From positions 22,521,062 to 22,583,242 of the forward strand of contig NC_057719.1 in assembly GCF_004010195.1 (NCBI RefSeq): 62,181 nucleotides of DNA, written 5' to 3'. The translations under genes and the position numbers were made by a program. The notes beneath the pieces are model-generated. The model did not search any database and was not told the DNA's origin. It was given only the letters and a program-made list of their open reading frames with translations. Shown one piece after another: positions 38,130 to 52,119 of this stretch (positions are counted from its first letter, which is position 1; each line of letters starts with the position of its first letter). Source of the stretch: Chiloscyllium plagiosum. Taxonomy: Eukaryota.

Positions 38130-38752
38130 CAATGTCCATATTACAGAGAGGATGTGCTGGATATCTTGAAATGCATAAAAGTGAATAAATCCTCAGGACT
38201 TGATCAGGTGTACCCTAGAACTCTGTGGGAAGCTAGGGAAGTGATTGCTGGGCTTCTTACTGAGATATTTGTATCATCAATAGTCACAGGTGAGGTGCCA
38301 GAAGACTGGAGGTTGGCCAACGTGGTGCCAATGTTTAAGAAAGGTGGTAAAGACAAGCCAGGGAACTATAGACCAATGAGCCTGACCTCGGTGGTGGGCA
38401 AGTTGTTGGAAGGAATCTTGAGAGACAGGATATTCATGTATTTGGAAAGGCAAGGACTGATTAGGGATAGTCAACATGGCTTTGTGCATGGGAAATCATG
38501 TCTCACAAACTTGATTGAGTTTTTTGAAGAAGGTGGTACATGTATGGAATGAGCTGCCAGAAGGAGTGTTGGAGGCTGGTACAATTGCAACATTTAAAAG
38601 GTATCTGGATGAGTGTATGAATAGGAATGGTTTAGAGGGATATGGGCCAGGTGCTGGCAGGTGGCACTAGGTTGGGTTGGGATATTTGGTTGGCATGAAC
38701 AAGTTGGACCGAAGGGTGTGTTTCTGTGCTGTACATTTCTGTGACTCTATGG
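38130..38752 (+). mobile_element. CR1 LINE with large internal deletion, nested in older CR1 3' remnants (~37755-37900, ~38755-38960)
   Basis: KPGNYRPMSLTSVVGKLLE..GKSCLTNLIEFFEE joined directly to the 3' end; tail ctgtgactctatg. Confidence 0.88.
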
Positions 38753-39252
38753 TGAGCCTACAGAATTGTGTGTCACAGAAAGTGGGTCAGGCCAAAAATT
38801 GAATGTTTTCAAGAAGGAATTACATTTGGCCAAAAGGCTAATTTATATGGGGAGAAAATAGGAGCAGAACACTGAATTGAATAATCAGCCATCATCATAC
38901 TGAAGGACCAAATACCCTCCTCTTGTTTCAATTTTTGATGTTTCTATCTATGATTCTATTAACTTGCTGTTCAAAATGACTTTCTGACTTTAAGAAAAAA
39001 AACAAGTGTTACTTTCATAAAATTTTACACTAAAGTCAACTTTTCTTCCACTAAGCTTTCAAATAATATGTTGAGAGCTCTCATCACTCTTTAACACAGA
39101 AAATATAAAAAAGATATGTTTGAGGCATTTGAATTTTTTGACATAATTTCCTCATCACTATTTCCATTTTACTTGTACAGATTTCACTTCTACCATAACA
39201 ATATATTTACATTAGTTATACAGTTTCTTTATAACAATCATATTCAACACAG

Positions 39253-39411
39253 AGCTGAAAATGTGTTGCTGGAAAAGCGCAGCAGGTCAGGCAGCAACCA
39301 AGGAGCAGGAGAATCGACGTTTCGGGCTCATGCCTGACCTGCTGCGCTTTTCCAGCAACACATTTTCAGCTCTGATCTCCAGCATCTGCAGTCCTCACTT
39401 TCTCCTAGAAG
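39253..39411. mobile_element. Short fold-back PLE-derived element with TSD
   Basis: Inverted arms gctgaaaatgtgttgctggaaaagcgcagcaggtcaggca; flanks atattcaacacag (39240-39252) / atactcaacacag (39412-39424). Confidence 0.88.
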
Positions 39412-39517
39412 ATACTCAACACAGCCCCATTTTAATCATGAGATTGATTTTCCTTCATATTTGCTTTTGATACATGATCTGCTGTGCTATTGTCTCTCTG
39501 TGTGTTCCCTGAATTGG

Positions 39518-39830
39518 ATGGCATGGTGGCACACTGGTTAGCACTGCTGCCTCACAGGACCCAGGTTCAATTCCAGCCTCGGGCGATTGTCTGTGTGGAG
39601 TTTGCACATTCTTCCCATGTCAGTGTACGTTTTCATCCCACAATCCAAAGATGTGCAGGTTAGGTGAATTGGCCATGCTAAATTGCCCATAGTGTTCAGG
39701 GATATGTAAGTTAGGTGTATTGTTTGGAGGTAAAGGTAGAATAATGGGCTTGGGTGAGATACTCTTTGGAGGGTCGTTGTGGACTTGTTGGGCCAAAGGG
39801 CCTGTTTCCACACTGTAGGGATTTTATGAT
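39518..39830 (+). mobile_element. HE1-type SINE
   Basis: A/B boxes, core, tail cacactgtagggatt. Confidence 0.88.
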
Positions 39831-39834
39831 TATC

Positions 39835-40300
39835 AAATGGCATAGCCAAAACATTATTCTCCAATAACAATGCTCTCAAATTTTTGTTTAGAAATTTTCC
39901 AGTGAAAGTTAAAGGATTTTGTTCCATGTAAATAAAATTCTCTGCAATATTTATAGATATAAAAGCTTTGAAATTTTGCAGCACGAATACCAAACTCAAA
40001 ATCTATATTTTCATAGTTTAATATCTTTTCAAACCGTCAAACGTACTCTGACATTTCTCTTTCCATTCAAATTTCTTGCTATTTTCAACAAAAGCGTCAA
40101 AGAAGACCCACAATGCTAAAACTTGTATTGATGATTTCCATATAAACACTTCTTCAATGTCAGTGTGAGAGATTATGGGCTTCCTCCAGAATTGTTCTTT
40201 GATACTGACACTCATCTAAATAAGTCTTAAGAACTACGTGAATACTATTTTGCAATTCTTCAATATTGATGATTTTCCTCACATTCTCAATTTTATTTCC
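39835..40300 (-). mobile_element. Ty3/Gypsy pol remnant (RT connection/RNase H), heavily deleted
   Basis: KKFEWKEKCQSTFDGLK and LSLVFVLQNFKAFI..FIYMEQNPLTFTGKFLNKN resemble Gypsy F.W...CQ.AF..LK and VYTDHNPL motifs. Confidence 0.6.
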
Positions 40301-41178
40301 CAAAATAAAATGTTCAAAATCACTGATCTTTCAAAAATTCTTTCCTTTCTCACATATTCTGCAGACGTCTGACAGTCCTAAATTTTCATTATCAAGTTTC
40401 AGGTATAAACTCTGCAACATTGAGCATTGCCTTAGGAACAGATTCGTAGATTGCAGATTATGCTTCTGACAGATTGGTCCAGACATTTTTTTGGTATCTT
40501 TAGTAAATGTACAGATTTTAGCTGGACATTTCTTTGCCCTGTGTGTGAGAGTTGAGGAGCAATTTACAGGAAGTTAGAGTTTAACTAATTGATTTATTTT
40601 CTAGTAGTTTTTTTTTTAATGGTATCTGGAGTTAGCTTATTTGTAACAAATAGTAATTCTTGTTATGATGGAGGACGGGACAAAAATTGTGGCAGGAAGA
40701 GCTGTTCCTTGCTTGAGGTATTTTCGGTGTTGGAGGTGATTTCCTTGAATTCCAGGAGCAGCAATTACTGTTTCATAAGCTGTTGCATTGTTTTAGAAAT
40801 TTGGGGAGAAAGATAAAAAAAAAAAATGGCACTTTAAAAAAGAGGAAGACAGTGACCACAGTGAGAAGAAACCTATACTGCTCTCTGACATAGCAGTGAA
40901 TCTGCACAGTTACTCTCCTAGCTGTTTGAGTTCAAATATCTCTAGACATTGAAGTGTGTTTAGGAAAAGTTAACAAACAGCAAAATTCACGCCTGACCTT
41001 GGAAAAACCTGCTTGGGAGAGCTCACAGCACAGGAAGAGATAGGTGCACAGTCTTTAAGTGTAGCCTTGCTATAAATCTACAATAGTGAGTTGAGTGGAT
41101 TCTTTTTTGATTATACGTTTTATTGAGATCTGTCTCTTGATTAAATTTTAAAAATATAAGCCATAAATATTAAGTATA

Positions 41179-41522
41179 AGGTGACATGGTAGCTCAGTGA
41201 TTAACACTGGTGCCTCACAGCACCAGGGACCTGGGTTCGATCCAGCCTCAGGCAACTGTCTGTGTGGAGTTTACACATTCTCCCGCATCTGTGTCTATTT
41301 CCTCCACATGTTCCGGTTTCCTCCCACAGTCCAAATATGTGCAGGTTAGGTGAATTAGCCATGTTAAATTGTCCATAGTGTTCAGGGATGTGTAGGTTAG
41401 GTGCATTAGTCAGGAGACATGTAGTGTGTTAGGGGAATGGGTCTGGGTACGTTACTCTTTGGAGGGTCAGTGTGAACTTGTTGGGCCAAATGGTCTGTTT
41501 CCATGCTATAAGAGATTCTCTG
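41179..41522 (+). mobile_element. HE1-type SINE inserted in the CR1 5'UTR
   Basis: tggtagctcagtg A-box, ggttcgatcc B-box, core, tail. Confidence 0.88.
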
Positions 41523-42620
41523 AAAATACAATAAAAATACTACAAAATAAACCTGGAGCAGTGTTTTTTTTAGAGCAATAAGACAGGGTTATTTTCTGGG
41601 TCCGTAGATTGTTAAGGTGTAAAGATGGCCTTTAGTAGAATGATATGCTCATCCTGTTGGAAGTGTGAGTTTAGGGAGAGTTTCTGTGTTACTGATGATT
41701 AAGTCTGCAAGACGTGTCTTTGGTTGTGAATCCTATCAGATCACATGGATTAATTGGAGCAGCAGTTACAGCCAATAAGGAATTTACAGGAGCTAGGGGG
41801 TGTGATGGACAATAATTATAGGAAGGGAGAAAAACTGCAGATATGGTCAGGTAGCTGGGGTACCGCCAAGAAAGATAGGAGAGGGAGGCAGGTAGAGCAT
41901 GAGTCTTCTGTGGCTATCCACATCTCAAGGAAGTATGCTGTTTTAGTGTTTTAAATGTAGGGGGTGATGGACTCTCAGGGGACTGTAGCACAAACAGCCA
42001 AGTTTCTGGGGCTGATTATGGCTCGAATGTAATGAGGGGTATGTTGGGTTCCAAGCGATTGATTGTAGTAGGGAATTCGTTAAGTGTGTATAAGAAAATT
42101 TTCTGATTCAGTTTGTGGATGTACTTACTAGAGAAGGTGCAAAACTTGACCTACTTTTGGGAAATAAGACATGGCAGGTTACTGAGATGTCAGTGGGGGA
42201 GCACTTTGGGGCCAGCAACCATAATTCTATTAGTTCTAAAATAGTGATGGAAAAGGATAAACCAGATCTAAACATTGAAGTTCTAAATTGGAGGAAGGCT
42301 AATTTTGACGGTATTAGGCAAGAACTTTCAAAAGCTGATTGGAGGCAGCTATTCGCAGGTAAAGGGACAGCTGGAAAATAGGAAGCCTTCGAAAATGAGA
42401 TTATAAGAGTCCAGAGACAGTATATTCCTGTTAGGGTGAAAGGCAAGGCTGGTGGATGTAGGGAATGCTGGATGACTAGAGAAATTGAGGGTTCAGTTAA
42501 GAACAAGAAGGAAGCATATGTCAGGTATAGACAGTAGAGATCGAGTGAATCCTTAGAAGAGTATAAAGACAGTAGGAGTATACTCAAGAGGGAAATCAGG
42601 AGGGCAAGAATGGGACATGA

Positions 42621-43893
42621 GGACAAAGAACAAAGATCAAAGAAAATTGCAGCACAGGAACAGGCCCTTTGGCTCGACAAGCCTGCATTGATCCAGATCA
42701 TCTACCTAAACCTGTTGCCTATTTTCTAAGGATCTGTATACCTCTGCTCTCTGCCCATTCATGTATGTGTCTAGATACATCTCAAATGACGCTATCATGC
42801 CCACCTCTACCACTTCCGCTGCCAACGCATTCCAGACACCCACCACCCCTTTGCGTAAAGAACTTCACACGCATATCTCCCCTAAACTTTTCCCCTCTTA
42901 CTTTGAACTCGTGACCCTTAGTAATTGAGTGCTTCATTTGGGAAAAAAAACCTCTTGCTATCCAACCTGTCTATATCTCTCATGATTTTGTAGACCTTAA
43001 TCAGGTCCCTCTGAACCTTCATTTTTCTAATGAAAATAATCCTAATCTACTTAAACTCTCCTCATAGCTAGTACCCGCCATACCAGGCAACATCCTAGCG
43101 AGCCTCCTCTGCACCCTCTTCAAAGCATCCACATCCTTTTGGCAATATGGAGACCAGAACTGTGTACATTATTCCAAATGTGGCTGAACCAAAGTCTTAT
43201 ACAACTGTAACATGACCTGCCAATTCTAGTACTCAATACACCATCCGATGAAGGAAAGCATGCCTTATGCCTTCTTGACCACTCGATTGACCTGCAATGC
43301 CACCTTCAGGGAACAATGGATCTGAACACCCAGATCTCTCTGTACGTCAATTTTCCCCAGGACTTTTCCATTTACTGTCCAGTTCACTCTTGAATTGGTT
43401 CTTCCAAAACACATCACCTCGCATTTGCCCAGATTGAACTCCATCTGCCATTTCTCTGCCCAACTCACCAATGTATCGATATTCTGCTATATTCTCTGAC
43501 AGTCCCCTTCACTATCTGCTACACCATTAATCTTAGTATTATTTGCAAACTTGCTAATCAGACCATCTATACCTTCTTCCAAGTCATTTATGTATATCAC
43601 AAACAACACTGGTCCCAGCACACATCCCTGTTGAAAACCAATGGTCACAGGTATCCATTTTGAGAAACTCCCTTTCACCCCTACTTTCTGTCTTCTGTGG
43701 CCCAGCCAGTTCTCTATCCATCTGGCTAATACACCCTGGATCCCATGCAATTTCAATCTCTCCATCAGCCTACTAGGGGGAACCTTATCAAACACCTTAC
43801 TGAAGTCCATGTATATGACATCTACCGCCCTTCCCTCATCAATCAACTTTGTCACTTCCTCAAAGAATTCTATTAAGTTGGTAAGACATGACC
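42621..43893 (-). mobile_element. CR1 LINE (different subfamily) inserted antisense into CR1
   Basis: SCLTNLIEFFEEVTK..AVDVIYMDFSKVFDKV, WAEKWQMEFNLGKCEV; tail (tttgttc)n; gacatga on both sides. Confidence 0.9.
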
Positions 43894-46800
43894 ATGACAT
43901 GATAGCTTTGGCAAATAGGATTAAGGAGAATCCAAAGAGATTTTAGAAATATATTAGGGACAAAAGGGTAACTAGGGAGAGAATAGGGCCCCTCAAAAAT
44001 CAGCAAGGCAGCCAATGTGTGCAACCACAGGAAATGGGGAAGATACTAAATGAGTATTTTGCATCTATGTTTAGTGTGGAGAAATATGGGGAAATGGATG
44101 GTGAAATCTTGAAAAATGTCCACTTTACGGAGGAGGAGGTGCTGAAAGTCGTAAAACGCATAAAAGAGGATAAATCCTTGGGACCTGATCAGGTGTACCC
44201 AGAACTCTGTGGGAAGCTAGAGAAGTCATTGCTAGGCCTCTTACTGAGATGTTTGTATCATTGATAGTCACAGGTGATATGCCAGAAGACTAGAGGTTAG
44301 TTAACATAGTGCCACTATTTCTGAAATGTGGTAAGGAAAGACCAGGGAAGTATAGACCACTGAGCCTGACATTGGTGGTGGGCAAGTTGTTGGAGAGAAA
44401 CCTAAGGGACAGGATTTACAGGAAAAGCAAGGACTGATGAGGGATTGTCAACATGGCTTTGTGCATGGGAAATCATTTCTCATGAACATGATTGAATTTT
44501 TTGAAGAAATAACAAAGAGGATTGTTAAGGCAGAGTGATGGATGTGATCTATATGGACTTCAGTAAGGTGTTTGACAAGATTCCTCATGTTAGCAAGGTT
44601 AGATCTCATGGAATGCAGGGAGAACTAGCCATTTGGTTACAGAACCGGCTGGAAGGTAGATGTCAGAGGATTGTAGGGGAGAGTTGCTTTTCAGACTGGA
44701 GGCCTGCGACCAGTGGTGCGCCACAAGGATCGCTGCTGGGCCTACTACTCTTTGTCATTTATACACATGTTTTGGATCTTAACATAGGTGGTATAATTAT
44801 TAAGTTTGCAGGTGACACCAAAATATGAGGTGTAGTGGAGATTGAAGAATGTTACCTCAGAGTACAATGGGATTTTGATCAGATGGGCCAATAGGCTGAG
44901 AAATAGCAGATGGAATGTAATTTAGCTAAGTGTGAGGTGCTGCATTTTGGGAAAAAAACCTTAATGGTAAGGTCCTGGGGACTGTTGCTGAACAAAGAGA
45001 CCTTGGAGTGCAGGTTCATAGTTCCTCGAAAGTGGAGTCGCAAGTAGATAGGATAGTGAAGAAAACGTTTCGTATGCTTTCCTTCATTGGTCAGGGCATT
45101 GAGTATAGGAGTTGGGATGTCATTGTGCGGCTGTACAGGACATTGGTTAGGCCACTTTTGGAATATTGTGTGCAATTCTGGTCTCCCTCCTATTGGAAGG
45201 ATGTTGTGAAACTTGAAAGGATTCAAAAAAGATTTAGAAGATGGTGCCAGGTTTGGAGGGTTTGAGCTACAAGGGGAAGCTGAATAGGCTGGGGCTGTTT
45301 TCCCTGGAGTGTCGCAGGCTGAGGGATGACTTCGTAGAGATTGGTAAAATCATGAGGGGCATGGATAGGGTAAATAGACCAGGTCTTTTCCCTGGTGTGG
45401 GGGAGTCCAGAACTAGAGGGCATAGCTTTAGGGTGAGAGGGGAAAGATATAAAAGGGACTTAAGGGGCAACTTTTTCATGCAGAGGGTGGTGCATGTATG
45501 GAATGAGCTGCCAGAGGAAGTGGCGGAGGCTGGTACAATTGCAACATTTAAAAAACATCTGGGTGGCTATATGAATAGCAAGGGTTTAGAGGGATATGTG
45601 CCAAATATTGGCAAATAGGATTATATTAAGTTAGGATATCTAGTGGGCATGGATGAGTTGGACCGAAGGATCTGTTTTTGTGCTGTACATCTCTGTGACT
45701 CTATGACTCTAAGTTCAGAAACTTGGCCTGTGCTTACCGTCAACCTGGATCTAAGAGACAGACAAATGGCGTTTTTTGCATACTTTAAAAATATTTTGCA
45801 CATTTTTGAAAAATAGTGGGGTTTGATCTCCACCACACTACCCCATTGAGATGTAGTACAATGATAAAAATTCTAATTCTCCCCATTTTTATCAGCCCTC
45901 AAGCCAAATCACATTTTCAGATACAGCACATTTTATGCATCATGTTCTCAATGTTTAATTTGTGGCTTATTAAATAAAGAAATATTCTTCAATGTGCCAT
46001 GAAATGAGGAACTGCATTCTTCACCTACATAGCTCAGGAGGTTTTGCAAACTTTCAAGTTTAAACTAAAATATACCTTCTGGCATATCATTTTAAAGAGT
46101 CAAGATTCAGCATTACATAAGTTGCTTCTGTCAACACAAATGAAAAGCACAATGAAAACAACTTCTCTTAGTTCTCAATATCCAAATGAAACATAAGCCT
46201 ATAGGGATTCAGGAACTTTAGGTACAAATAAATAAAGATGAACATTTGTTGAAAGACTAAATAATACAAAGGTTGATCATTACGGGAAATAACTGAGAGT
46301 CTGAAAGGGCCTTTGTATCTATAGTATTGATAATTGGCTAGAAATGGCAATGAATGGTGTTAACCTTTGAAAACTTAAAGCATTCATATCAAATTCCTCA
46401 TTTGAATTAACATCCACTTTGCAATAAAGCTTGCATTATGGCAGGTTGGGCTGTCATTTCCAAGTTTATGACTTGAAAATTAAACCAGGAAAGGAAAAAT
46501 CCAACTGTCTTCTTCATGTTTTGACATGAATTAAAACAATGCACAGAAACAAATCATGAGCTTGCAGTAATCGGGTACTTCATGATGGATCAGTGGGTAG
46601 AAATTGGAATGCATTTTGTTAGGCAACTATGGGCAAAACTTAGCTTGAGGGCAACCTGGACTCAATCTTTGCAGGAAAGATATGTTTTTGAAATTTGATG
46701 ACTTCCTGTTTAAGGCATCTTGGACAGAACCCAGAAGCATTATTTCCCTCCCCAAACACCACCATCAAAATACCTGGGCAATTCCAACAGCAGAAGTGAT

Positions 46801-47989
46801 GACAGTGATATACAATAGGGAAAGAATTGCCCAGGGAGAGCTCAACATTTACCTTTCCTTCACCATGTATTGCTGACTCATTTATTGTCATCCCAAATTG
46901 CCCACATTGCTGTGGGTGTGAGATTGCATGTTGGTCAAACCAGATTATGTTGGCAGATTTCCCTCTGTAAAAGACGTTAGTAAACCAGGTGGTTTTTCTT
47001 TATGAAATTCAACAGTGGTTACATGGTCATTGTTAGGTCAGCATTTTATTTCAGATGTGTTTATTAAAATCAAATCTGCCATGGTGTAAGTTAAACACGT
47101 GCTGAGAACATTATCTTGGGGTTTTAGATTATGAATCAGTGACACCACCACAACAACCATTTTCCATTAATCTTTATTTCATGAAGCCTTATAGCACCAC
47201 ACCAAACATAGGCACAGAAATTTCCTTCTGGTTAACATCTGTACTGTGCTTTCCTCCTCTTCACCGATACCACCACCCCATCCCCCAACTAATAAATCAG
47301 TACTCCTTATTACTGAACAGAAAGTGAAGGAACCTCTGAGGGTGGCAAGTGCACAAAATGAAATCTGGATGGGGAATATCAATGTCCCTCATCGAGGGTG
47401 GCACTCCAGCACCATGACTGACTGAGCTGGCTGACTCCTGAAGGATATTACTGCTATGCCAGAGGAAAAAAAAGGTTTCAAAGCAATAATATTTGTAAAT
47501 AGACATATTGGTTGAACTGGAGCTCCATTTTAAGATATGCATAGAGGCTGAAGGGCTCTGTTTTCTTCACAGTTGTTGAATATTTACAGGCTGTGGCTGT
47601 TTCTACTGCTGAGCATTAGCTGATCTGCTCTGCAACCGTGATATAATAGTATGATTAATTAAATGACAGGCAATCATGATTGCCAACAAGAGAGAATCTA
47701 TCCCACCTATTCTTGACATTCATTGCTGAATCTCCCACTATGGACATTCTGGGGGTTAACCAGAAACTGAATTGGATGAGCCACATAAATACTGTGACTA
47801 CAAGAGTAGAGGCTAGGAATTATATGAAAAGGTTATCTCACTTCCTGTCTCCTCAGTCCCTGTCCATCTGTAAGGCACAAATTTATTGGTATAAACTCCA
47901 CTTGTGTGAATGAATGCATGTGCAACAGATGAGCATTGAGTGTTTCCTGATAGTCTTAGTTATTAAAGAGGAAATCATCATACTTCTAT

Positions 47990-48180
47990 TGGGACATAGG
48001 GCTACTCTCTCATTTGAGGAAGATGACTGGTAATGGTTTATCCTGTAGGTCACCACTCTCAGGCAAGGGGAGTGGTTGAGAAGGAGAGTCCTTCATGATA
48101 ACTCCAGCCAGTAAGAGAATTGAATCTATGCTGTTGGAATTACACTGCTTCACAAACCAGCCAGCAAAGTTAAATGACCC
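47990..48180 (-). mobile_element. Second tRNA-derived SINE family, diverged
   Basis: Reverse strand ggctggtttgtgaagcagtgtaattccaacagcatagattcaattc (B-box-like); related fragment on + at ~21495-21560. Confidence 0.5.
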
Positions 48181-49109
48181 TCATCTCAATTATTTTGTCC
48201 AGCTAGCCAAGGCAACTTGTACCTATTGTTTGTTTGCAATAAATACATTGTAGTAAGACAGACACCTCTCTCAGTAAGACCCACCCGTGAGACAATCCCT
48301 AATCAAACAGGCCCTCAGGCAGAGTATAGAAAAGAAGATTACTGGCAACATTCCACCCAATCATGAACTGTTACTAATTCATTCTGTAGAGCTGTAAGGT
48401 CAGCCAATTTTCCAGGATTGCCCTCGTGCCTTCTGGAACTGAAGATTAGTTTCTGGAAATTATGGTGAGGAGTTCAAAGGAAAACTCATGGGGGCATTAG
48501 AAATGTGTCCTTTTGTCCATTTTCTTGGAATATGTTTGTATTGTGCTTACTGGCAACTAAAACATTTGAGATGCGGAGGAATGGCTGTTTGATGTGGTGG
48601 TTTGATTGGCAGCAAATGGCCAAGTGATGCAGCATCCAGACACAGTTGGCAACTCTCAGGCCAGCCCCGCCCAAAATCTACCACAAATATTCTTGCGACT
48701 GTCATAAAACTCACTTGGAATATAATTAGGCTTCTACCTCACATAATATTCATCATGAATTTAAATAGTTTTCATTATATTTTATCAATAAAAAAATATT
48801 AGGAATTGCATTTTACTGGGCAAGCTTTCACCTCTTGGTTATTAGATAAGTGCCACGGCAAAAATCCCCCAAAGACAAATGCAAGCATTTGTAATTTCAT
48901 AGGGGGTTTCATTCCTGTTCAAGAAGCTGCTGAAAGCACTTGGATCAGTAACCATATGCTACTTAAACACTTTTTATTTAAATTCAAATTAAAGACAAGA
49001 TCTCGCCAGGACAAAATGCAGCTGTTGTTGATAAAAATCAATGGAGTTGGCACTAGCAATCACAGAAGGTAGGCTTACTGTTGAGCTTCTTGTTGGGAAG
49101 TAGGATATA

Positions 49110-49445
49110 CAGCAATCAAAAAGGAAACACTATTTCTAAACTTGCAGATGATACCAAACCGCTAGGGGCTAGTCAGAACTGGAGAGGATTGCATCTAATG
49201 ACAAGAAACGATTAACTAGCTTACAGAACAGGAATATAATTGGCAACTGAATTTCAATATCGATAAATGTGAAGTTTTATATTTTGGCAAGGAAAATAAG
49301 GAATTTAGATAACATTTAGTAAATAAATGGGATTGAGAAGCAATATCTGCAAATGCGAATGTACAAATCACTTGAAGTGGTGGCATCGATAGCAAGGCTA
49401 TAAAAGTGAATGAGCAGAATTGGTCTCTATTTTCTTGAAGAGAAG
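49110..49445 (+). mobile_element. Old CR1 RT fragment (probably continues at ~50490-50530 and ~51510-51800)
   Basis: ISKLADDTK..WQLNFNIDKCEVLYFGKEN. Confidence 0.7.
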
Positions 49446-49446
49446 G

Positions 49447-49745
49447 TTAAGATGTCACTGCTGCCTCACAGGGCCAGGGATCTGGGTTTGATTCCAATCT
49501 CGGGCAACTGGAGTTTGCACATTCTCCCCTTGTCTGGGTGGGTTTCCTTTCACAATTCAAAGATGTGCAAATTAGGTGAATTGGCAATGCTAATTTGCCC
49601 ATAGTGTTCAGGGATGTGTAGGTCAGGCGCAGTAGTCGGGGTAAATATTGGAGAGGGAAAATGGGTCTGGGTGGGTTCCTCTTCTGAGGGTTGGTATGGT
49701 CTTGTTGGGCTGAAGAGCCTGTTTCCACACTGTAGGGATTTTATG
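49447..49745 (+). mobile_element. HE1-type SINE
   Basis: cactgctgcctcacag...cacactgtagggatt. Confidence 0.85.
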
Positions 49746-50490
49746 AGTCATATAGCTGTACATAATGGAAACATACCTTTCGGTCCAATTCATCCATGCC
49801 AACCAGTCATCCTATATAATCTAGTGCTATTTGGCAGCATTTAGCCCATATCCTGCTAAACCCTTCCTGTTCAAACACACATCCAGATTCCTTTTAAATG
49901 TTCTATTGTACAAGCCTCCACCACTTCTTTTGGCAGCTCATTCCATACATGCACTATCCTCTGAAAAATCTGCCACATAGGTCTCTTTTAAATCTTTCTC
50001 CTCTTACCTTAAACGTATGTCGTCTAATTTTCAACTCCCCTAACCTGAGGAGAAAGACCTTGGCTATTCATCCTATTCATGTTCCTCATTATTTTATAAA
50101 CCTCTGTAAGGTCACCCCTCAGCCTCTGACACTCCAGAGAAAATAGCCCTAGCCTATTTAGGCTCTTCCTAAAGATGAAACTCTCCAACCCTGACAACAT
50201 CATTGCAAATATTTTCTGAACCCCTTCAATTTTCACAACATCTTTCCTTTAGCAAGGAGAACAGAATTTAACACAATATTCCAAAAGTAGCTTAACCAGT
50301 ACTCTGTACAGCCATAACATGAACTCCCAACTCCTATACTGTGCATTGGTCAATAAAGGCAAATGTGCCAAGCGCCTTCTTCACTATCCTGTCTATCTGC
50401 AACTCCATTTTCAAGGAGCTATGAACCTGTAACCCAAGGTCTCTTTGTTCGACAATACTCCCCAGTACTTTACCATGAAGTGAATAAGTC
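49746..50490 (-). mobile_element. CR1 LINE 3' fragment
   Basis: KIEGVQKIFAMMLSGLE..LGLFSLECQRLRGDL. Confidence 0.88.
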
Positions 50491-51184
50491 ATAATGATCT
50501 CAAAATGATGAAATACTTTGATAGAGTAGACTCAGACTTAATGGCCCAGACATTGTGATGGCCAGAGAACCACTGAGCTGTGTCAAATGGAGCTGCATGC
50601 TAGAACATGCAGAATGCTAGACTCACCAGGCTGGGTGGGAAATGACTGGGAATTTGAAGATTTTTATGGACAATTACCATGCATCTGCAATCCTTTGGGT
50701 GATGGCCTGTCCACACCCTCCCAACTTTCCCTGCTGCTTGACCCCACAATGTCCCCCATTGCCACTGGACCCTGCACCCTCTTCAGCCTGCTAGCCTGGC
50801 ATGCTTCCAGGATGATACCAAATTCTCTTCCCCCACACCTCACCTGTTGGATGGCCCAATACCACTCTCTTAAGGACAACCTACCTGAAGCACTCCACCA
50901 TTTACCTGGCACCTTAATTACTTGGCATTTTACTTACCAGACATCTTAAACCCTTAAATAACTACCAACCTAATGCCACACTTAATTTACATACTTACCA
51001 TTGCATTGTAGCTGTCAAGTATCTGGTTCTGCTGTCGAACTTTTAAATTGCAGAACATTATATACTGGCTGGTGCAAAGAGAACATGGTTTTTTGAAGAT
51101 TATCTTTGCTGCTGGATTTGAGAATTCTTGGCCAGGTTTGTAACAGGAGGCACCTGTCCAAGAATCTCCAGCAAATTTAATTAC

Positions 51185-51505
51185 AGAATCCCTATAGCGT
51201 GGAAGCAAGCCATGCAGCCCATTGAGTACACATCAACCCTCCAAAGAGCAGCCCACCTAAACCCAGTCCCCTATCCTGTCTTTGTAATCCTGCATTTCCC
51301 ATGGCTAACCCACCTAGCCTGAACACTATGGATAATCTAGCCTGGCCAATCCACCTAACCTGCACATCTTTGGATTGTGGGAGAAACCGGAGCACACAGA
51401 CACGGGAAGAATCTGCAAACTCCACACAGACAGTCACTGGAGAGGGGAATCAAAGCCAAGTTCCTAGCACTGTGAGGCAGCAGTGCTAACCACTGAGCCA
51501 GCATG
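51185..51505 (-). mobile_element. HE1-type SINE
   Basis: Reverse complement of SINE consensus. Confidence 0.85.
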
Positions 51506-52119
51506 CTTAAGTGGTTAGGTTTTAATCTGATCAGAAATAGAAATATGATTTGTAGTCCTGATTTAAATATCTTGAGCCATATTTCCTCTCATGTGGAGGA
51601 GCAACATTAGAGATCACATGTATAAGATAGTTGCAAAGAAATTCATTAGGATTTTGGAGATTTGTTGATCTGCTCCATAAGGAGTGTTGAGGGGGAGTTA
51701 CGGTCACATGATTAGGAAGAAAGAAGCATATAAATATAGTGATAATTAAATGATGGAAGATAGGAGAGTGGTTAGGTGGAGCATAACACCCAGGTTGAAC
51801 TTATTAAGATTTATTTTCATTGCAACACTTTCCTACCCATTTGCTCACTTACTTCATTCACCCTCCACCACGAACACACTGCAAAATTATAAAACTAGCT
51901 TTTCAGTGTGTTTGTGAATGAACGTTTGTCAGAATATTGCAGCTCTGCTCCACAATGGGTGGACAATTTGTCCTTCCCCAACTAACCTGACGTTCTGCAG
52001 AAGGACTTCAATTTCTGGTACACTTCACATTTCTGAAGAGACCATGTTTGGAAGAACTGTCACATGACCAAAAAAAAAACTCCTCTGTAATTTGATGCAA
52101 TTGCCACTGGTAGATGTTA

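Larger units (their letters stand above)
40700..45711 (+). mobile_element. Near full-length CR1 LINE (5'UTR, ORF1 remnant, ORF2 EN+RT, tail) with nested insertions
   Basis: ORF1 from 41624 MAFSRMICSSC..CKTC (zinc finger/leucine zipper) to LIVVGNSL (GDSL esterase-like); EN TREGAKLDLLLGN; RT DVIYMDFSKVFDK, APQGSLLG; tail (actctatg)n. Confidence 0.85.
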
